A DNA stretch of 63,925 nt, counting the filler, from Folioceros fuciformis (Eukaryota), in the NCBI GenBank assembly GCA_049999805.1. It is 8 parts of 8 records of this genome, joined end to end, with 100 filler letters (N's around TTAATTAATTAA, not from the genome) between each part and the next. Parts side by side here need not be neighbours in the genome. Positions count along the whole stretch, not along the records: positions 41,696 to 53,356 come from JBNGIO010005426.1; positions 53,457 to 58,232 come from JBNGIO010005427.1; positions 58,333 to 59,642 come from JBNGIO010005434.1; positions 59,743 to 63,925 come from JBNGIO010005438.1; 4 more parts are not named here. One strand, given 5' to 3'. Every line of letters starts with the position of its first letter. The first letter of the stretch is position 1. Shown piece after piece: positions 48,578-60,490 of the stretch. The notes under the pieces are model-generated. The model worked only from the letters and a program-made list of their open reading frames with translations, was not told where the DNA came from and made no database searches. A program made the translations under genes and the position numbers.

Positions 48578-49748
48578 TCATTCCCCGCTTACAAGCAATG
48601 CTTGCAGAAGTTCTACCACGTCTCGGATTGTGGCTATCTCTAAACCATAGGCAAGTCTTGCTTTCTACTTGGTGTAGCTGTCTATGACAATGTCACATCT
48701 GCCTACCTACCTAGATACAGCTCACTTGAGAGGACTATGTAGATCTCACTTCGTAGGACTAGCTATGTATGATACATACTTGTCAATTACTCACTCTCTG
48801 TCTCAGTTCATTGAGAGTACCCATGTCCGCCTATATCTACACCTCATAAACCACTAAAACCTGCAGTGCAGGACGGGCATAAATCATACAGCACACAATT
48901 AATGATTTTGGTTTTTTCACTTGTCGAAAGTTATTCCGCCTTATTCTACCAACGGCTTTACTCTGTCTCCCACGTCAATCTCTCACACTTCAAGATCGCA
49001 TTGCAAAGACTGTCATACGAGTTACACTAGAAGTCACATACCACATGAAAAACACGAACCAAAATGCATACCCTTGCTGACCTCTTGCCTTTTCGTAAGT
49101 TTTTCGAAGCATCGAGTTCCACGTGTCAGGACGCAGTACCGAATATCGTGACATCTATTTCCTCAGTAGATAATCCAGTTGCTGACCCTGATGACTTGTA
49201 AAGGCGAGACATGAGCACCTGTGCCTGTGCCTATGATAGGTGAGAGAGGAGGGATAAGCTGTGCGGCAACTACGAGCAAGCGACCCCAGGAAATGCCAGT
49301 TGCAACTATACTAACGCACTGTTCTAGTCACCTGCATCACATTTCAAGAGTTTTCAAGTGCATTTCAAGAGTTTTCAAGTGCATTCCAAGGAGAAAGCTG
49401 GAGAGAGCCTTCGTAAAGCCTCGTATAAGCAGCTTACTATTTGCAAACACACTCATCAACAAGGATTCTCTCTTTGTCTTGGGTATCCCTCCTGGTAAAA
49501 CTCCAATCCTCTAAAGTATTGTACAGACGGGATTACTTGAGTGGACTTGGTTCTCCCTGCAGCAATGGCTGTTGGTCGTTGGAAAGCTCGTCGTCCTTGG
49601 CTCCTCTGCTTTCACGCTGCCAGACCTGCTAAAAAAAACCAAGGCAATGTTTCCTCCGGCCTTTTGCTTCATCCAGCTCTTAGGACTGGAAACATATCCA
49701 GAGGAGCCACTGGTTTGTAGGACGCAGCTAGTGTCTACTTATGCAGTT

Positions 49749-51000
49749 TCACAAGAGCCCTTTGGAGCTGCCCAGCACATCCAGTAGCTGCGACCTGCTG
49801 GCAATCAACATGCGGAACAATTCACTCACTTGCTCCTCCAGGTTGTTAAGCCCGTGCTCGAAATCCTCCAAGTGCTGCTTCAAAACGGTCAGTTCCTCCC
49901 GCATTTCATCCTCCACTTTAACAGGCACAGGGTGGATCATGTCCGGCCGAGCAGCTTGGATGGTGTCTATCCTCACCAGCTCCGCGACGAAGGACGTCAA
50001 TTTCGTCTGCTTCCTCTGCCATCCGATTTCCATGGCCACCCTGTCCAGCAAATCCAGAAGAGGCGCTGCCCACATGAATTGACGGCTGATCTGGGATGAG
50101 CAGCTCATGAGCAGGCCCAGGCCGTCTCCGCCAGCTTTGCTGGTGAGGGTCACATACACCACGCTCAGCACGCACACGGTGGTCACCTTCGCTGCGTAGA
50201 TCCCGGCTATGAAGGCGTTCCTTCCCTTGCTGCTGTCAACCCCCTTGGGAGGGAGGAATTTCTCCGTCATGCTCTTGAGCAACTGGATCTCCGGTATCCG
50301 ATCCGCTAACTTCTTCACCGACTTGCCCCCGCTCCCGTTAGAGCTCCCTCCGTGGCTGCTGCCAGTGTTGGACTTGCTTTGCAGAGCGGCCTTGTCCTTG
50401 GATATAGCGCTCGAGAGCGAGAAAAACCTTCGAGAGCTCCCAGAGGTGCTTGTCCTCTCTGGCCACGACAAATCCTGATCGTCGTCCCCCGCAGGTCTCT
50501 CTGTGAGAGCCCGGAAATCCAGCACCGCTTTCCTCGCCTTCTGCACCTGGGACTCCGTGAAAGCGGCTGCAGGGTTCACGTTCAGGTTGCGCAGCACCAG
50601 ACGCACCAGCATGTGGCAGTCTTCCAGGTGGACCATACCCTCCCGCAGCCCGTTGCACACGTCCAGCAGCTTGGCACTCTCATCCAGGAAGTCCAACACG
50701 CACCTCTCGTCTCGTTTCGTCAGAGGAGACTGCGCCAGGTCTCGAATCAGGCTGTCTACGGCCGAGTGCGAAGCGAGGACGATGGACGTTCCCCTAGACA
50801 GACATGGTAGTGACAGGAAATATGTCTCGGAGGACGGCTTCAGGCCCTCCAGCCTATCGGTGAGGTGGACATCAAAATTCTGTATCCCGCTGATTCCACG
50901 CCTGCTTGATCCAGCGAAGATGTTGCTGGCAGGAGACAGGGGAGACTGCAAAGCATCACCTTGGCTGGAAGAGCTCGGGACGGCTGACGTGGTGCAATCA
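49749..51000 (-). CDS. BPS1/ROH1-like (DUF793) protein, main coding exon; start exon not located
   Basis: FDVHLTDRLEGLKP..FLSL..., DFLDESAKLLDVCNGLREGM and C-terminal LEEQVSELFRMLIASRSQLLDVL. The frame is open up to a TTCCTAACAG acceptor at 51001 and has no in-frame ATG before the conserved core. Confidence 0.85.
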
Positions 51001-51194
51001 CTGTTAGGAAAATATGGATCTAGCGTTTATTGAGAGGAAAAACAGAACTAGACACGCGTGGGTGGTAGATAACGTGAGAGCACTAACAGCTTAAACACTT
51101 GATGCTTATCACTTCACCACAGAGAATGGACATGGCCCCGCCCTATACACGTGGGGTCACCGTGTTTCTATTCTACACACCATGCAAAGGGTTT

Positions 51195-51212
51195 AACCCT
51201 AAACCCTAAACC
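51195..51212 (+). promoter_or_regulatory. Telo-box (AAACCCTAA) upstream of the DUF793 gene, near a G-box-like CACGTG
   Basis: aaccctaaaccctaaacc; CACGTG at ~51148. Motif match only. Confidence 0.3.
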
Positions 51213-51432
51213 ACTCACTTATATAGCATGTATATTTAACTGTTAATTTGTAATAATTAATATTTTGATGTGTGGTATGAGCCAAAGGACCAGCAGCTGC
51301 TACGGGAAGAACCAACTCCTTAAATAGTACTTCGGGCAGCTTACCTTGTAGGTTTGGGGTAAAAGCACTTAAGCCAAGGATCATCTGCTGCTACGGGGAG
51401 AACCAACTCCCTAAAAGGACAACACTTGATAG

Positions 51433-51547
51433 GATTGGAGGTTTATGGGTGCATGCATGAGGTTTCACGGGATTGGAGGTTTATGGGTGCATGCATGAGG
51501 TTTCGCGGGATTGGAGGTTTATGGGTGCATGTATGAGGTTTCACGGG
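51433..51547 (+). repeat. 38-bp tandem repeat x3
   Basis: GATTGGAGGTTTATGGGTGCATG at 51433, 51471 and 51509. Confidence 0.9.
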
Positions 51548-51959
51548 AGGGAGACGAGGAGACTCATAGAAGATCCCTGTAGATCAGTGTGTTCGCAGAG
51601 AGTAAGCAGCTTATTTATTTATATGAGAATTTACCATGGAGCCTTTCCTCAGTTCCCTCCCTTTGATGACCATGACATCCACTACAGCAACGCGTTATGC
51701 TTGGCATATTGCAATCCCTGTGGTAGCTTCCTTATAGGTGCCCCACAGCTTCATGGCGGCAACTACTTGAACCAGTCTTACCTATCGTTGGCACAGCTGA
51801 TCACGTGGTACATATACAGTACATATGCCGAAGGCCACCACCTCTGACAGTAAAGCATTTAGATGTGAGTGCTAGGACAACGGGGACCCACATGAAGCAG
51901 CACACGTCTCGCCCTTTGCAACTGGATCTCGAAAGATCCAGGGCCACCCTAAATGTCAC

Positions 51960-51989
51960 CGGACTCGGACTCGGACTCGGACTCGGACT
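51960..51989 (+). repeat. (CGGACT)5 microsatellite
   Basis: cggactcggactcggactcggactcggact. Confidence 0.9.
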
Positions 51990-52741
51990 TCGTCCTGACA
52001 CATCAAAAAACTTGCAAAAATAGACGCGAACAACCTCCAAGGCCGCTTGAGAGCCAACGTGCTTCCTTGTACCTATACGTTAGAAGCTGCTGAAGCAATT
52101 TTCAACTCCGCCCCTGGGTGGAGGGTCCGCACCAGCCCATCTCACAAGAGTACAATAATGTAAGAAGGTACTAGCGAACCAACAATGTGTTGGGCCAGGA
52201 GACACCTCCTTCCCCTTGCTTTGCTTGTATGTAGATGTCGGCTTAAAACAGCATCAGATACACAAAGTGTGTGACCCTCAAATGTACGGGAGAGTCTGTT
52301 TCAGATTGGAGGGATATCGAAGTGATATCGGATCTCCATCTCCCTTCTGCAACTCTCCCAATTTGCATAACCACCAGTCACTTACGGCCTCTGAAAGTTG
52401 TAGTCGAGATTGTGACAAGAACCTGGCTCCTCCTCTCACCTGCAAACATCTTTCCTTCACCTGCAAAAACCTTCCTCGGAAAGGAAGGGCCACAGGCACA
52501 GGCACAAGCACAGAATCTGTGTTGGCCCTGAGAACCCTAACACCAAACCAGGTGCAGGGCTTCCAGACCTTGAGCCAAGCGGAAGGCACTAAGAGCATAC
52601 AGGACATGGCGTGCCACCCAAGCAGCAGAGCAGCAAGCAGGTCGAGGCGGAGGAGCTCCCTAGCTTGCATGATCCACCAGGGTCTGCAGCAGAATGAGCC
52701 AAACCCTAACACCGGGCATCCCACGGCAGATAGGCGGCACG

Positions 52742-53356
52742 TCATGCGGTGGAGCCGTTGGAAGCCTTCCTGGAGAGCAAATCGTGGTCTAGATACACCA
52801 CCACCACTGTAATGTCGTCATGGAAATGGCGGCGGATGCCGCGCTCCAGCTTCTTGAGGTCGGAAAGGCGCAGCTCGCGCTTGCGAGCCGCGATCCGCAG
52901 GGCGGCCTTGACGAGGCGGCGGGCAATCCCCGCCCTGGGATTGCTGTGCACCATGGCCACCACCTGCTCGGTAGACAGGTGCTCCCAAAGCCCGTCGGAC
53001 GCGAACACCAGAAACCGGTCCTGTGGCAGGAGCGTCCTCTGCTGGACATGCGGGACGGCGGAGAGCACAGGCTGGCGCAGCGGCTGCGGCAGCCGAAACT
53101 TGGATGGCAGATCATCGGTATCAAATTCCGGCAGCTTGAGGTAGAAGTCCCCGATGGACCTGGAGACCTGGATAACCCCCTTGACGCGCCACACCCCGTT
53201 CCGCATCACCACAACCTCGGGGTCATCCGGATGCAGCGCCCGGAGCTCCCTCCTCACCTCCTCCTTGGAGGCGTTGTGCTCCACGGAGAGCTCCAGCGCC
53301 TGGCCGGCGCTGGTGCCGAGCACGGCTCTAGAATCCCCCAGGCTAGTCTGCTGAGT
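52742..53356 (-). CDS. Protein phosphatase 2C, clade D (C-terminal part; 5' end lost at the spacer)
   Basis: LGDSRAVLG, EHNA, HPDD, GVWRVKGVIQVSRSIGDFYLK, FASDGLWEHLS, GIARRLVKAAL, RRHFHDDITVVVVYLD. Confidence 0.93.
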   Translation of the reverse strand, partial: TQQTSLGDSRAVLGTSAGQALELSVEHNASKEEVRRELRALHPDDPEVVVMRNGVWRVKGVIQVSRSIGDFYLKLPEFDTDDLPSKFRLPQPLRQPVLSAVPHVQQRTLLPQDRFLVFASDGLWEHLSTEQVVAMVHSNPRAGIARRLVKAALRIAARKRELRLSDLKKLERGIRRHFHDDITVVVVYLDHDLLSRKASNGSTA

Positions 53357-55365
53357 NNNNNNNNNNNNNNNNNNNNNNNNNNNNNNNNNNNNNNNNNNNN
53401 TTAATTAATTAANNNNNNNNNNNNNNNNNNNNNNNNNNNNNNNNNNNNNNNNNNNNGTATCTGCTCTTGTTTTCATGGAGTGAGGGTGACGGTGGGTTCA
53501 AGTTGTTGTTCTGTGCACTTCCTTCTGATTTTTGTTTTTGCCTTCAGCTCAAACTGCTACATAATGTAGCAAGTTTGTAAAGTGATGATAAGGAAGGTTG
53601 GATGGCTGCAGGTGCGACTGGAAGGAGGTATGACGGAATATCGATGGCTTTGTGAGGATCCTCAGGTTGTCTTTCGTTGTCGTTATGTCTGGATGTTGCT
53701 TATGTGTCATGTGTTCTGGTCTGCATAATGAACACGTTGAGGACATACCCATTTACGTGATACAGAAATTGGCGGTGCCATTTGGCGTGCGGGGTCAGCA
53801 AGGCATCTACCAGCTGGACAGGTGGGTAGGTTGTAGCTCTGGACCAAGCAGTGAACTTGGAAAGGAAACCTGGCTCTTCATTCTTACATGCTTCTTGGGC
53901 AGTATCTTGATGGAGCACTGCGGAGTTTAGGCCAATGACAGGTCCCTCACCGGTCAAGTTGCTGGTCTCGCCTCTCAATGTCCGCTGGCCTCCGCGTCCA
54001 AGTCTCATCTCCCGGGAAACTGCAGAAAGTGCAGTGGAGAAGGAAAGACTGTAAGCTTTCTCTCTCCCCATGCCACTCTCATAGCATCAGGCATAATACT
54101 CCGAAGTGTCCTAACAATGCCCACTGGTGTCTTGCCGGGGAAGCTGAGGAATCTAAACGTTACAGCCAGCTCCGCCAGAGCGTCAAAGACGAGTGTACTT
54201 AGGTGCTGGTATGGGGTGATCACTGTACATCAGGCCATTTTATTTTCGCCCACTGAAGTGTGATTTAAGAAAATAGGCAAGCCATTGGGTTGTTCCGGAG
54301 GGTCGGCAACGTCGTGTGATTCTGCCTGCTCAGAAACACTACACACCCTGGCCTGTAGCAGGAAACACTGCCTGTGGAACCACCACCATATATCCGTTGG
54401 CATTATGAGACTTAATGGATGTTTTCTGCAAATGCCCATCCTCTCTGTGTACAGCCTCTATCCTCCGCCCCTGAGCCATGCCCTCAGCAGCCTGATTTGC
54501 CAACAGGATTCCAGTCCCATTCACCTACAACCGCTAGAAGGTAAGCACCGCAATTGAAGTCCCTTGATACACACGGAAGGACTCATGAAACTTGATGGGT
54601 GTCTGCTGCATACAAACATCCTTCCTCTGTACATCCTTTGTTCTGGAAGTTTTGGAGGCTTGGAAGTGGTTGTTGTGTGCACGCATGTCACATGCTTTTA
54701 ATGTTTTTTAGAATTAACTTATGTGTTTATTTCCTCCCGAAACGTTGTACTTCGTCGAGCTCCGATTAGGAGCTGGAATGGCCAACCAGACACACGGTGC
54801 ATAATTAGGTTTATTCTTTTCAATCGTGTATTGTATACGAATATTATATGGTATCTCTCGCATACATGCGGGTTTTAGGAATCCACGTCATATTACGTAT
54901 AGTCCTAAGAGAGGGATTTTTTTCTCTTAGCTGAAATCACTAGAGTTATCATCTTCTTTTTCTTTTGATGATTTTAGGTGAAATCACCAACTTATGGACC
55001 AGAAAAATGAAAGAAATGTCCATTGTTCCCTATCGATCCACAAGGCTAGAAAAGATTTCAGCTAAGGGTGTTGTGCAGCTGGGTTTGCAGATAGCCTCAA
55101 TGGTGGGATTGTAGATGGCCTCAATGGTGTGCGGCTTGTGCACATGGTGTGCANNNNNNNNNNNNNNNNNNNNNNNNNNNNNNNNNNNNNNNNNNNNNNN
55201 NNNNNNNNNNNNNNNNNNNNNNNNNNNNNNNNNNNNNNNNNNNNNNNNNNNNNTTGTAGATGGCCTCAATGGTGTGCGGCTTGTGCACATGGTGTGCAGG
55301 TGTTGACCCCAATTGTAGATTTTCTTGCAAATGACCTCAGTGGTGTGCAAGTGCTAACCCTAGTT

Positions 55366-55805
55366 GTAGATTTTCTAGTAGATGGCAGGTTTAGATTGTC
55401 TCGCATATGGAGGTAGATTTTCTAGTGGATGGCAAGTTTAGATTGTCTCGCATATGGAGGTAGATTTTCTAGTCGATGGCAGGTTTAGATTGTCTCGCAT
55501 TTGGAGGTAGATTTTCTAGTCGATGGCAGGTTTAGATTGTCTCGCATATGGAGGTAGATTTTCTAGTTGGCAGGTTTAGATTGTCTCGCATTTGGAGGTA
55601 GATTTTCTAGTCGATGGCAGGTTTAGATTGTCTTGCATATGGAGGTAGATTTTCTAGTCGATGGCAGGTTTAGATTGTCTCGCATATGGNNNNNNNNNNN
55701 NNNNNNNNNNNNNNNNNNNNNNNNNNNNNNNNNNNNNNNNNNNNNNNNNNNNNNNNNNNNNNNNNNNNNNNNNNNNNNNNNNNNNNNNNTTGTCTCGCAT
55801 ATGGT
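55366..55805 (+). repeat. 47-bp minisatellite (GTAGATTTTCTAGTCGATGGCAGGTTTAGATTGTCTCGCATATGGAG), at least 7 copies spanning a gap
   Basis: Units at 55366, 55413, 55460, 55507, 55554, 55598 and 55645. Confidence 0.92.
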
Positions 55806-55928
55806 TTTGCTCCGTGCAATCATAAAGAATAGGTGCAACTTGTACGTGCGAATTGTAGATGTAGGTTGACTTGAAGGTTGTGGCTGCAGTTTGCCTAGCT
55901 ATTTGCACTATAGATTTCATGTCGCACT

Positions 55929-56008
55929 TAACCCTACAAGACATATTCCCTTGGTACAAGATTTGAGGTAACCCTACAAGACATATTCCCTTGGTACAAG
56001 ATTTGAGG
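55929..56008 (+). repeat. ~40-bp perfect tandem duplication
   Basis: TAACCCTACAAGACATATTCCCTTGGTACAAGATTTGAGG x2. Confidence 0.85.
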
Positions 56009-56739
56009 GACATTGCATTGCACATAAACAGATCCAATGTAGTGCATAGCAGCATGGAGCAATTGAAGGTGTACCTATAGCCATGGATGGAGGAGGAGGC
56101 CACTCCATGGGCATGGAGCAGCATTTGCCTTGTCCTATCTTTGCAATATGGAATGAAGATTGTATGGTTCCATTCTCCCTACCTTTTCATAGCCAAAGGT
56201 GTCGCAACACTGAACATTGTGTCGAGGAAGATGGACTTGGCTAGCCACAAACCTTGCCTCAAGGAGGAATACACTTGGAGTCCAAAAGGAGGGAACAGCA
56301 AGCATAGCGACTTGGTTAGCATCCTATGCCCTCGAACCTAAAAAACCAAAATGGGATCATGTCAAAATGTAATGTGCTTTACAGTATGTCAGAAAGGGAA
56401 AAAAAAACTCTTTGTCAAGTGATAGCCAAATCAAGGTGCCCTAATAATAGTAAGTTGTCGATATGGTCATGTCCATCAAGTTAAAAATACCGGACCTATG
56501 TTATAAGGAGTGTACATATGAGTATTCCATATTGAAAAATTAGGTATTTTCTATGATTGAAAAAGAGATGGAGAGTAACATCTACTCCAAAGATTGGAGG
56601 AACACCCCCATTAGGGCCAAAGGTAAAAAGGGGTACTCTCCCATGCAAATATCATGTTAAAAAACTACCTACTGCTCCCAAAATGTCATGATGTGGAATA
56701 ACAAAAGGCCTACCTACCACCGGTGCTGAAGAAGCCAAT

Positions 56740-58232
56740 TGACCTGCACTTGTTGCTATTCTAAAAACTGCATTGGCCAATGCTCGTTCCAAAGCAATGG
56801 ATACATGTTGTCGAAAGGAGGCCACCACAGAGGAAAGAGGGAGAACACCATTCCTATTGCTCTAATAAACCTTGGCGCACTCCTTGATAAACCTCAAAAA
56901 AACCTTGCCCATAGCTCCATGAGTCTCAAGAGCAAGGGGGATGAAAGTATGTCCATCTTGCAAGGGAGAATACTTATGGACTTTGGCACTTGCACAACCC
57001 TCTGCCACCAAACCAGGAAAGTTGATGATGATGTGCTCACAAATCGAATCCCTAGTGAGATACGTAACAACCACATTAGCAACACAAACCTGTTCTCCCA
57101 TAGTGAAGAAAAGGTTGGCTCTCTCGGTGAAACCCCGTTGCGCAAAGTATATGGACGCTCCCTATACGGAAGAAACCCACACTCCCTAGCCATTGAGAAC
57201 ATGACATGAGCCAAATCTTCATCCAACGCTTCATCCACAAACCTATGAACAAAATCAGAAGGTCCCACAGGCACACCCAAGACTCGAAGTCCCTGCAAGG
57301 GGGTGATATCCCCCCCCCCCCAAATATTGAAGGGGGGGAGTAATGCTTGAAGGGGACCAAACCCTGAATTTAGATAGCTTGACCTGCAACTCCACCTTGG
57401 AAAGCTCTGATGAGAAGGAATCAAATGCTGCTTTGACTGTAACTCCTTGCCCAAGAATATGAGTGTCATCAGCCACGGAAGGGAAAAGGCATTCCCGAAA
57501 TGCTAAGGTAAGAGAGGACAACGCACGAAAATGCACTATTGCAAAAAGAGCACCCCCCAGCGGATCCCCTTGCCTTGTGCCTAGTGTTGAATCAAAAACT
57601 GAGACCCCCTCAATAGTCGGGCCGTGTTGGTAGTAGAGCTTGAATGGCGAGCCATAGAACGAGCGAACAAAAGGGATAAGACTTGCCAATTGACCTCCTG
57701 CACTCTTGAGCTCCAAGAAGATGGCAACCCTAGAGACAGTGTTAAAAGCATTATCAATATCAACCTACAAAGCTACCAAGTGAGGATGTAACTCAAGGGC
57801 TGCCTGGATGCCAAGAGCGGTAGATTCACACCCACCTGGGGTAGCAATCCCAAATTAGTGGGGTGCAAGATGCGCTTGGAAGTACTCCCGAAGTTGAATT
57901 GCGATACTTCGGCTGATAAGGCGACAAAATACCTCCCCCACAGCAATAGGGCGCACTCTTGAGGCGGGCTTTTTCAATGTGTAGCCTACTAGCCGCCAAA
58001 ACTTGAGAGATTCGATTGGGAACTTCATCCCTAGCCACAGCAGCTGCTAGTGTATAAAGCTCCGAAAAATCACTTGAGGGGTCCTCAGGAGAAAATTAAT
58101 CTCGAAAATGGTCATAAACTATGCCAAACAAACCCCCTGAAGAAAGTCATGGCGCAGAAGAGAGTGCATGCCAAAAAACAACCCTATCCAAGCAAAAAGG
58201 CTCCTCGACCGTATGGTCAAGAAGATCTTGCG
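56740..58232 (-). mobile_element. Decayed CRE-like non-LTR retrotransposon (RT plus restriction-like endonuclease)
   Basis: RPIAVGEVFCRL (~57950), LQVDIDNAFNTVSR, GTRQGDPLGGALF, FPSVADDTHILG, LRVLGVPVG, then the REL tail RANL..ANVVVT...KVHKYSPLQDGHTFIPLALETHGAMG...SIALERA. Confidence 0.8.
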
Positions 58233-59247
58233 NNNNNNNNNNNNNNNNNNNNNNNNNNNNNNNNNNNNNNNNNNNNTTAATTAATTAANNNNNNNNNNNN
58301 NNNNNNNNNNNNNNNNNNNNNNNNNNNNNNNNTTGAGCATTTCTGCAACCACAGAGCTAGGCATCAATCACCTAGCAGAATTTCAGATAGCTATCCTGAA
58401 GAGACGTCTAACTCATTCTCTACCGGGTTACAAAGGCTAGCTGAGTTGATCTTTGAGTCACAGTGTGATTCTCCTCTTAACAGAAGTCGTCGTCGGGCTG
58501 AGGAGAGAAGGACCACGGCTGCACATCGACAAGAGGCCCAATTGTTAGAAGGAGATCGTGAAGCCAGGCTATCTCTTTCTAGCCTACGTGCAGAATTTGC
58601 AGCCAGATTCGCAATCCAAGAGGCAACGATTTCAGAATTGCAATCCAGCATCACGACAGTTGGAGCCTTGGCTTCAGCGATCTTGCATTTTGTGCAACAA
58701 TTGGATTCTGTTTGTGCACCGCTGGATGTTCTGGTGATAGTTGGAGATTTAGCGTCCCAGCCTGCTGCGCCGCAAGGGAGGCAAGCATTTGAAGTGGCTT
58801 GATTTTCACGGGATTCAGACCTAGTGGGCGCTCCATCGCAGGTGCATCCCGTCAGGCAGCACCTGGCGACGAAGGTCTGCAGGCTGATCCCAATCGTCAT
58901 GACCACCGTCCATGACGATTCAATCGTTCATGACCACCAGACTTGTCGGTTGGTACACCTAGACACTTGTCACCAAATGTTGCATGTGAGGAGGCATCTT
59001 GCCCTAACTATAGCGTTTCATATCATTTAATTTAGAGAACGGGTGTCACCCTAATGAAATGTTACTTGAGCATTTTCCTTACCTCTTCATACCTTTTTGG
59101 GACGATTCTAATAGCGATTTTGATGAGTCTTCAGATGTAGAGGAGGACTTCTTGCAGTCCCTTGCATCCCACTTTCCATCCTTTGTTTTGCTTGCATTTC
59201 TACAGAACCAACCCCCACCAATCCTACAGTCAGTAACTTCATTAACC

Positions 59248-59642
59248 ATGGGAACTGTTGTAGCTGGGTCTACTTACTCTGGTGAATTCAAAGAAAAGGA
59301 CAGATTTGACGTGAAGCCTGCTAGATTCGAGAGCTGGAAGGCTCGAATGAAAGCAAACTTAAACGCCCACGACGTTTGGGAGTTTGTAGATGGCACAATC
59401 CCCAATCCTTTTACTGTCCCGTCCACTGCACTTCAACAACCCACAGCTGATGACAAAGCCAGGTGGACAAAAGGAAACAAGGTGGCATTTGCTATCATTC
59501 TTAGTGGTCTACACGAGGCAACTGTTACAGAAGTGGATTTTCTAGAGACAACAGCAGCTGTCTGGAACCAGTTAGTGGATACTTACCAAGTTAAAAATGT
59601 TTGTACCTTGATTCATGTTCGAGAACAATTTCATAGTCTAAG
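59248..59642 (+). mobile_element. Ty1/Copia gag N-terminus (truncated by the spacer)
   Basis: DRFDVKPARFESWKARMKANLNAHDVWEFVDG...W...A..II...TAAVWNQLVDTY (Retrotran_gag_2/UBN2-type), similar in layout to the gag at 24140. Confidence 0.8.
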
Positions 59643-60348
59643 NNNNNNNNNNNNNNNNNNNNNNNNNNNNNNNNNNNNNNNNNNNNTTAATTAATTAANN
59701 NNNNNNNNNNNNNNNNNNNNNNNNNNNNNNNNNNNNNNNNNNTGTTGCCTGCGCATGATATCTAGGTACCGCCGTCGATAAAATTCTCCATTCTCCGCAT
59801 AGATTGGCCTCCGTGGTCTGCCGCCCTCCGTCCAGTCCCACCGCCCTCCGTCCAGTCCCACCTCCCTGCTGCAATCATGGACATCATCTCTGCGGTTGCC
59901 TCATTTCCATCTGAGCCACCACGGCCAATATTCCCCACCTGCCTCGGCGGTGTCCGCATGTCCGTGGGCCCCTTCCCTCCCGACCCACTCTCCCCATCGG
60001 CAGGCGCGTCCACTACCAATCGCACATCTGCAGGCGTTGCTACACTGCCATCATTCGCTGCAAACACCTCGACCTACAACTCTGCATGAACCCCAGGGTT
60101 CGTAGCATCCTTGCCACCCCACCCCTGCTACCTATAGCCTCATCACCACCCCAACTATTGACAATCTCGCTCTTGATCCCCAAAGACGCAGCCTCTGTTG
60201 ACCCTCCTGCCATTCCCCTCCATCCACTGCGGAGGCCACCGGCCCAGCNNNNNNNNNNNNNNNNNNNNNNNNNNNNNNNNNNNNNNNNNNNNNNNNNNNN
60301 NNNNNNNNNNNNNNNNNNNNNNNNNNNNNNNNNNNNNNNNNNNNNNNN

Positions 60349-60490
60349 CTCCTGGAATGTCAGCCTCCACTGCCCCTCCTGGAATGTCAGCCTCCACTGC
60401 CCCTCCTGGAATGTCAGCCTCCGCTGCCCCTCCTGGAATGTCAGCCTCCACTGCCCCTCCTGGAATGTCAGCCTCCACTGCCCCTCCTGG
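60349..60490 (+). repeat. 27-bp tandem repeat (encodes PPGMSASTA in one frame) in a C-rich low-complexity region
   Basis: CTCCTGGAATGTCAGCCTCCACTGCCC x5 after the gap. Confidence 0.88.

Noticed and set aside
53357-53456. Apparent clustering of genes and TEs across the window as one locus
   Set aside because: Segments are joined by artificial spacers, so order, orientation and distance across them are unverified.
53457-54700. Gene-like region with splice-site-like signals (TTCAG at 53548, GTATGA at ~53628)
   Set aside because: No consistent reading frame or recognisable protein; may be UTR or a fragment of a gene cut by the spacer.
55366-55805. 47-bp array as possible CRISPR or iteron region
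   Set aside because: Pure tandem units with point variants only.
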